This document shows, one piece after another, positions 59,072 to 64,000 of a stretch of 64,000 nt of DNA; the stretch's first letter is position 1; each line of letters starts with the position of its first letter. Position numbers and translations under genes: made by a program. The notes beneath the pieces were generated by a model. That model had not been told where the DNA came from. It did no database searches and saw nothing but the letters and a program-made list of their open reading frames with translations. Origin of the DNA: a virus. Taxonomy: Duplodnaviria > Heunggongvirae > Uroviricota > Caudoviricetes. The stretch lies in the IMG/VR virus record IMGVR_UViG_3300031555_003397; one strand, given 5' to 3'.

Positions 59072-59532
59072 TTTACGAGATTTATACTGACGGAGCTGTC
59101 TCCGGAAATGGTAAAAGTAATGCCCCTGGCGGCTGGGCTTATGTTATTCTTAGAGATGGAGCAATGATTGCTCAAGATTCTGGTGGAGAAGTAGGAACTA
59201 CCAATCAGAGAATGGAACTTACTGCGGCGTTAAAGGCTTGTCGAGAAGTTGATAAGATGGATGCTTTTGCAAGAGTAAAAGTTTATAGCGACAGTGCTTA
59301 TCTTGTAAATTGTTGGAAGCAGCATTGGTGGCGCGCATGGCAAGCAAATGGATGGAAGAACTCTAAGAAAGAGCCTGTTGCAAATCCAGATTTGTGGATG
59401 GGATTGATTCCCTTCTTTGAAAAAGTTCCTAATGGATATGACTTCATTAAAGTTAAAGGTCATGCAGGAAATGAGTGGAACGAGATCGTTGATAAAATGG
59501 CAGTTCGCGCGAAGGAGAGTGTTATGAAGTGA
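59068..59532 (+). CDS. rnhA: Ribonuclease H (RNase HI)
   Basis: TDGA..GNG, TNQRMEL, SDS.Y, KVKGHAGNEWNE.D. Confidence 0.65.
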   Translation: MIYEIYTDGAVSGNGKSNAPGGWAYVILRDGAMIAQDSGGEVGTTNQRMELTAALKACREVDKMDAFARVKVYSDSAYLVNCWKQHWWRAWQANGWKNSKKEPVANPDLWMGLIPFFEKVPNGYDFIKVKGHAGNEWNEIVDKMAVRAKESVMK

Positions 59533-60107
59533 TTAAAGTTGTTGTAGTTAATGGCCGTCCAGAAAGCGGCAAAACTACTTTTGAAATGAAGTGTAGAGAA
59601 CTGGTTGATGCTAGTAGCACTTTCTGGTTTGATGAAAATAAAAGAATGGTAGTTGATACCATTTCTACTATTGATTTCATCAAACAAATTGCTACTGAAT
59701 GTGGATGGGATGGAGTTAAGACACCCCGTAACCGCAAGTTCCTGAGTGATTTAAAGGATTTACTAACTGAATGGAACGATGTTCCTTATCAGAAAATTCT
59801 TGACCATATCGAATATATGCAAGAATTTGGTAAACTGTATGATTGGATTTTATTCGTTGATTGCAGAGAACCAAAGGAAATTCAGAAGCTCAAGGAACGA
59901 CTTAATGCAACTACTGTACTTGTACGGCGCCTTGGCGATGAAGTAAATAAAACTTCTAATCATGCTGATGCAAATGTTTTTGAATATGAATATGATTATA
60001 CAATCAAGAACTATGGTGATTTAAGTGACCTAGTTGTTGAATGTACAGGGTTTTTGGATTTTATGAAGGAGAGGGATTGTTTTGAGAATCGGAAATATGA
60101 TTTTTGA
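59529..60107 (+). CDS. P-loop kinase (T4 dNMP-kinase-like)
   Basis: VVVNGRPESGKTT. Confidence 0.45.
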   Translation: MIKVVVVNGRPESGKTTFEMKCRELVDASSTFWFDENKRMVVDTISTIDFIKQIATECGWDGVKTPRNRKFLSDLKDLLTEWNDVPYQKILDHIEYMQEFGKLYDWILFVDCREPKEIQKLKERLNATTVLVRRLGDEVNKTSNHADANVFEYEYDYTIKNYGDLSDLVVECTGFLDFMKERDCFENRKYDF

Positions 60108-61185
60108 GGAACTGGATGCTGAGAAGTATTGGAGCTGGCCTTCTAGTTTTAAGGGGGATCCTAAAGAGGAAACTCGCAATATGATTTTTTCTGGTAACTA
60201 TCTGGGCGCGCGAAAGATGGATGGTGCCTATTATAGATTCATTAAAGATTTTGAAGGAAATATGCGCTTACAGGGTCGTTCTCGTTCTGTTAATGGTCAT
60301 TATCTGGATAAGCTAGACCATGTTCCTCATCTGATGGATTTCTTTAATGAGCTACCTAATGGTACCTGTTTGCTGGGCGAGATTTACTTTCCCACTCATG
60401 AAGGTTCTAGTGAAGTAACAAAGATTATGGGTTGTTTAACTCCCAAGGCTATTGAGCGTCAGTCTAAAGGTGATAAGCTTCATTATTACATTTTTGACAT
60501 TTGGGCTTGGGAAGGCGAGTCTTATATGGACAAAGTTTGTGAAGATAGATTTGATGAACTAAACGCTTGCTCTCGCGCGTATGCAAGTGAATATGTAGAG
60601 TGGGCAGAATATTTCCAGGGTAAAGAGCTTTGGACTCATCTTCAGACTATTCTTGCAAATGGCGGCGAAGGTATTGTTATGACTAAGAAAGGAACTGTGC
60701 CTCAGCCTGGTAAGCGTCCTGCTCGTAAAACTCTTAAAGTAAAGAAGGAACTGGCCGAAAATATTGACTGTTTCTTTACTGGTCGCGCCACTTCTCCTAC
60801 TCGTTTGTATAATGGCAAGGAGTTGGAGACTTGGAAGTATTGGGTAAGAATTCGTGATAATCAGAAGCTCGAAGGCGCCTTCTATGAAAATTATAAGAAT
60901 GGTGAAGCCATTGAGCCTGTTACTAAGCCTTATTTTTATGGCTGGGCTGGTAGCCTTGAAATTGCTGTGCTGAAAGATGGCGTCGAAACTCCTATTGGTT
61001 TCTTGAGTGGCCTTAGTGATGAAATCAAGGCTAATCCTAAGGATATGCGTCATAGATGTATCGAGGTTGCAGCAATGGAAGTCTATCCAGATACTAGAGG
61101 CTTGCGTCATGGAAAGTTTAAATGTTTTCGTCCCGATTTAACTCCTGCAGATTGTATCTGGGATAAAATTTTCTCCGATAACTGA
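60082..61185 (+). CDS. ATP-dependent RNA/DNA ligase
   Basis: Motif I KMDG, III LLGEIYF, IV GGEGIVMTKK, V LKVKKE. Confidence 0.6.
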   Translation: MRIGNMIFEELDAEKYWSWPSSFKGDPKEETRNMIFSGNYLGARKMDGAYYRFIKDFEGNMRLQGRSRSVNGHYLDKLDHVPHLMDFFNELPNGTCLLGEIYFPTHEGSSEVTKIMGCLTPKAIERQSKGDKLHYYIFDIWAWEGESYMDKVCEDRFDELNACSRAYASEYVEWAEYFQGKELWTHLQTILANGGEGIVMTKKGTVPQPGKRPARKTLKVKKELAENIDCFFTGRATSPTRLYNGKELETWKYWVRIRDNQKLEGAFYENYKNGEAIEPVTKPYFYGWAGSLEIAVLKDGVETPIGFLSGLSDEIKANPKDMRHRCIEVAAMEVYPDTRGLRHGKFKCFRPDLTPADCIWDKIFSDN

Positions 61186-61237
61186 GATTTCTATACATAT
61201 CGCCCACTATTATCACTTATTTTTAGAGGTGATAATA

Positions 61238-62071
61238 GTGGGTTTTATTTATAAAATAACAAACAAAATAAATAACAAGATTTATATTGGATAGACCTGC
61301 CGAGATTTATAGACTAGATGGTGTGAACATAAAAGCAGGGCAAATTGTGAATATAATAATTATTTATATAATGCAATAGCAAAATATGGCGCAGAAAATT
61401 TTACTATAGAACAAATAGAAGAAATTAAGACTGATCTTCTTGATGAAAGAGAAATTTATTGGATTGCTTTTTACGATTCAAATAATCCCAAAATAGGATA
61501 TAATTTAACAATTGGAGGACAAGGTAAAAAGAATTATCGTACTGATAAAATTAGAGAATTGTGGGATTCTGGAAAAAGTATTGGAGAAATAACTGAAATT
61601 TTATAGTGTGATAAGGGCACAGTGCGCGAATCTTTACTAAGCCATGAAACTTATTCAATTCATGAAAGTCTTTCGCGCAGAAAAACCCAGCGAAAAGGAG
61701 TAAATAAATATTCATTAGATGGTATATTTATACAACATTATAATTCAATTTTAGAAGCAGCTAATTATGATAAAAATATAGCTAGCGGGATAGGTGGATG
61801 CTGTAACAAAAGACACGCTTAGGCTTACGGTTTTCAATGGCGCTTTGAAGATGATGAACCGCCTCAAGCATTAAATAATATTAAATTTGGTAAAAGAACA
61901 ATATAGTAGATAAGCCTTGATAATATAGAGCTATAGATATTTCAATCTGCTGCCGAAGCTGCACGTCAAGTTGCTCCCGGACGCAATGTAAATTCAGCGA
62001 GTAGTCAAATCATTCAAGTATGTAAGGGGAAGAGACAAACTGCTTATGGATATAAATGGCAATATAAATAA
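61238..62071 (+). CDS. GIY-YIG homing endonuclease; about 7 in-frame TAG (including tandem TAG TAG)
   Basis: GTG start. GFIYKITNKINNKIYIG*T.RDL*TRW.EH. Confidence 0.45.
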
Positions 62072-62475
62072 AAATGCTCCGGTGATTTATTCACCGGAGT
62101 TTTCTTTTAGATAGGCTATAATTGCATCTATCTTATCATCTTGAATTTGTAAATGATTATCAATTCTATCTTGAACTTTTTGTAGTTCGCGCTGTATATC
62201 ATTTATATCAAATAATTTGTCTTGATTCTGTAACTATAGCATAAATGAGAGAATTGTTATAACATCTAAAAAACTATAATTTTGCTAATACATTAAATCT
62301 ACCTCCTTACCCTAATTAAAAGTAGATTTATAAGGCACAAGCTGCATGAAATTTGATTTTTAGAATAAATTATTGTATAATATATATAATAAAATAATTA
62401 TAATTATGGAGGATTATAATGAAAATTAACGATAAACAATTAGAGGAGCTTCGCAGTTGCGAGCTTTATTAGAGT

Positions 62476-62919
62476 ATGTTACCTCGATATCAAAAAAATA
62501 TTGAATGGATAATTAGAGAATATATAAAACTAACCGAAGAAGAAAATATCAAAGTAAAAATTCATTTTGTAACTCCAATGGAAGATGGCTCAATTAAAAT
62601 GCATAGCCCCATAGAAGAGCAAGTTAATCAGCGTCGTCTATTAAATTTGAACTCACTAGATTTTGATTTTGGCCTATATTTTACTAGCGATGCATTTATG
62701 CCATTTTTTGGAGAAAGAGAAATTGGTTTGGTTGAAGCAACAAATTATATGGATGAAATAGAAGATGGAGATATTTGTTTACTTGCTGATAAAATAGAAG
62801 ATAAATATTGGTTAGCGACAAAGGAAAAAACTGGATTCTTTACATTGGACTGTGAATATTTAGATAATGGAGAAGCAGTAGTTCTACTTGGAAAGATTGT
62901 GAATATTGAAACTCGATAA
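62476..62919 (+). CDS. Hypothetical protein
   Basis: ORF, with a terminator hairpin after it. Confidence 0.45.
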   Translation: MLPRYQKNIEWIIREYIKLTEEENIKVKIHFVTPMEDGSIKMHSPIEEQVNQRRLLNLNSLDFDFGLYFTSDAFMPFFGEREIGLVEATNYMDEIEDGDICLLADKIEDKYWLATKEKTGFFTLDCEYLDNGEAVVLLGKIVNIETR

Positions 62920-62955
62920 AAAGACCCCTCTCGTGATGAGAGGGGTTTTCTTTTG

Positions 62956-63357
62956 TTACTCGATTAATTGCCATCCAAAAGGATAATCGACTGGAGAGTG
63001 TGTATTGTAAGCAACAAGACACTCATACACTTTTCCCTCATAAATAACTTTGTCGCCTTTCATATAAGGATTTGTGCTATCAGGCTGCTCCCATTCTAAA
63101 ATAGTACCATCTTCAGCTACAAGCACTTTAGCAAATAAACTAGAAGCATTTAAAGGAGTCCAATCAACCAAAGAAGTGTGATTTTGTAAAACTTTGTACA
63201 AAACACCTTCATATAAGATACGTTCGCCAGCAACATAGCCCTTACCTTCTTTCCAAGTAGGATAAAGGCTAGGCACTTGCAAAGACATATCATCAGTTGC
63301 GATTTCTCTTAGCTTTTTAAAAGCTTCAATAAATTTTTCAGCTTCAATTCTAGTCAT
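62956..63357 (-). CDS. Protein with two CBM5/12-like carbohydrate-binding repeats
   Basis: Y.G..V.Y.G..Y.C...H.S..W.P motif twice. Confidence 0.4.
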   Translation of the reverse strand: MTRIEAEKFIEAFKKLREIATDDMSLQVPSLYPTWKEGKGYVAGERILYEGVLYKVLQNHTSLVDWTPLNASSLFAKVLVAEDGTILEWEQPDSTNPYMKGDKVIYEGKVYECLVAYNTHSPVDYPFGWQLIE

Positions 63358-63674
63358 TACAGCACTTCCTCCAACATAGTCAAAATTTCTTTTGCCTTTA
63401 AAGCCTCGTAATATTCCATAGCAATTTGAGCTTTTTCAAAAGTGCATTTTTCTTCGGTACCATTCATCGTACCTTCGCTAATGGTATAGACAGTGTCTTC
63501 ACAAGTAGAAAGAATTGCCCCATCTTCAGTTTCAATTTCTTTAGGTACCTTTACGCAAATGCCTTCGGCTTCTTCCTAGGTGCATAGCACATAGCTGCCA
63601 TTTTCTTTATGAAGCTTTACATATTTAATATCATCAACAATAAAACTAGAGTTATTTATAGTTATTTGGTACAT
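63357..63674 (-). CDS. Hypothetical protein; in-frame TAG
   Basis: ATG 63674. Approximate. Confidence 0.25.
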
Positions 63675-64000
63675 TTTCAGTTCCCCCTTATTAAATTCCA
63701 AATATAGGCCAAATCACCAATACTAGCATTGTAAAAATCATGATTCCAAAGCCAGTGATCGGGATGCTCTTTTCTTTTATATTTTTGACAGAGCTCATCA
63801 TCCCATACTTTATCCCATCGTTCTTGATATTGCTCATCTTTTTTTTGTAAAAGAGAGACTATATCTCGGACAAATTTGCCACGGATTAAACCCTATCCAT
63901 CTTCATTAATAGCAAAAAAAGTATGAGCATTTTCACTTGTAACCGCACAAAGGGGGCGATTATTGTGATATATAATTTGGTCTTTTTCTTCGCATTCAGA

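Overview
This 64-kb window looks like part of a large AT-rich virulent phage genome, possibly crAss-like. Layout: (1) 2.7-10.3 kb, plus strand: about 13 small early genes. Each is its own cassette of a conserved 21-bp palindrome TTTAGACGT-N3-ACGTCTAAA, a sigma70-like promoter and the gene. Recognisable products are a nucleoside 2-deoxyribosyltransferase, a HAD phosphatase and a DEDDh exonuclease. (2) 10.25-11.1 kb: a strand-switch region full of AT-rich repeats and palindromes. (3) 11.7-35.2 kb, minus strand: middle and late genes, nearly all single-gene units behind one conserved promoter (TTGAtt-17-TATAATATA) with hairpin terminators. This block holds an NAD salvage set (PnuC, NadR-like, PncA), a polynucleotide-kinase plus phosphoesterase set, a cell-wall hydrolase, an SPFH lipoprotein and tail-fibre-like structural genes. 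(4) 35.3-51.3 kb: a very large tRNA array of at least 34 tRNAs on the minus strand, interleaved with GIY-YIG, HNH and PD-(D/E)XK homing endonucleases. It contains an amber suppressor tRNA(CUA) with Gln-like identity features at 50859-50930. It also contains about four circularly permuted tRNA-like RNAs (T-arm, then a closed acceptor hairpin carrying CCA, then a D-arm, all inside a terminal stem). That architecture matches bacterial YrlA-type Y RNAs, and a Ro60 (TROVE+vWA) gene sits at 55338-56906. (5) 58.6-62.1 kb, plus strand: RNase H, a dNMP-kinase-like protein, an ATP-dependent ligase and a GIY-YIG gene. TAG is read through as a sense codon, most likely Gln, in structural genes, most homing endonucleases and a few others. 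Early genes and most metabolic genes lack TAG, and genes stop at TAA or TGA. All coordinates were hand-derived and may be off by a few nucleotides.
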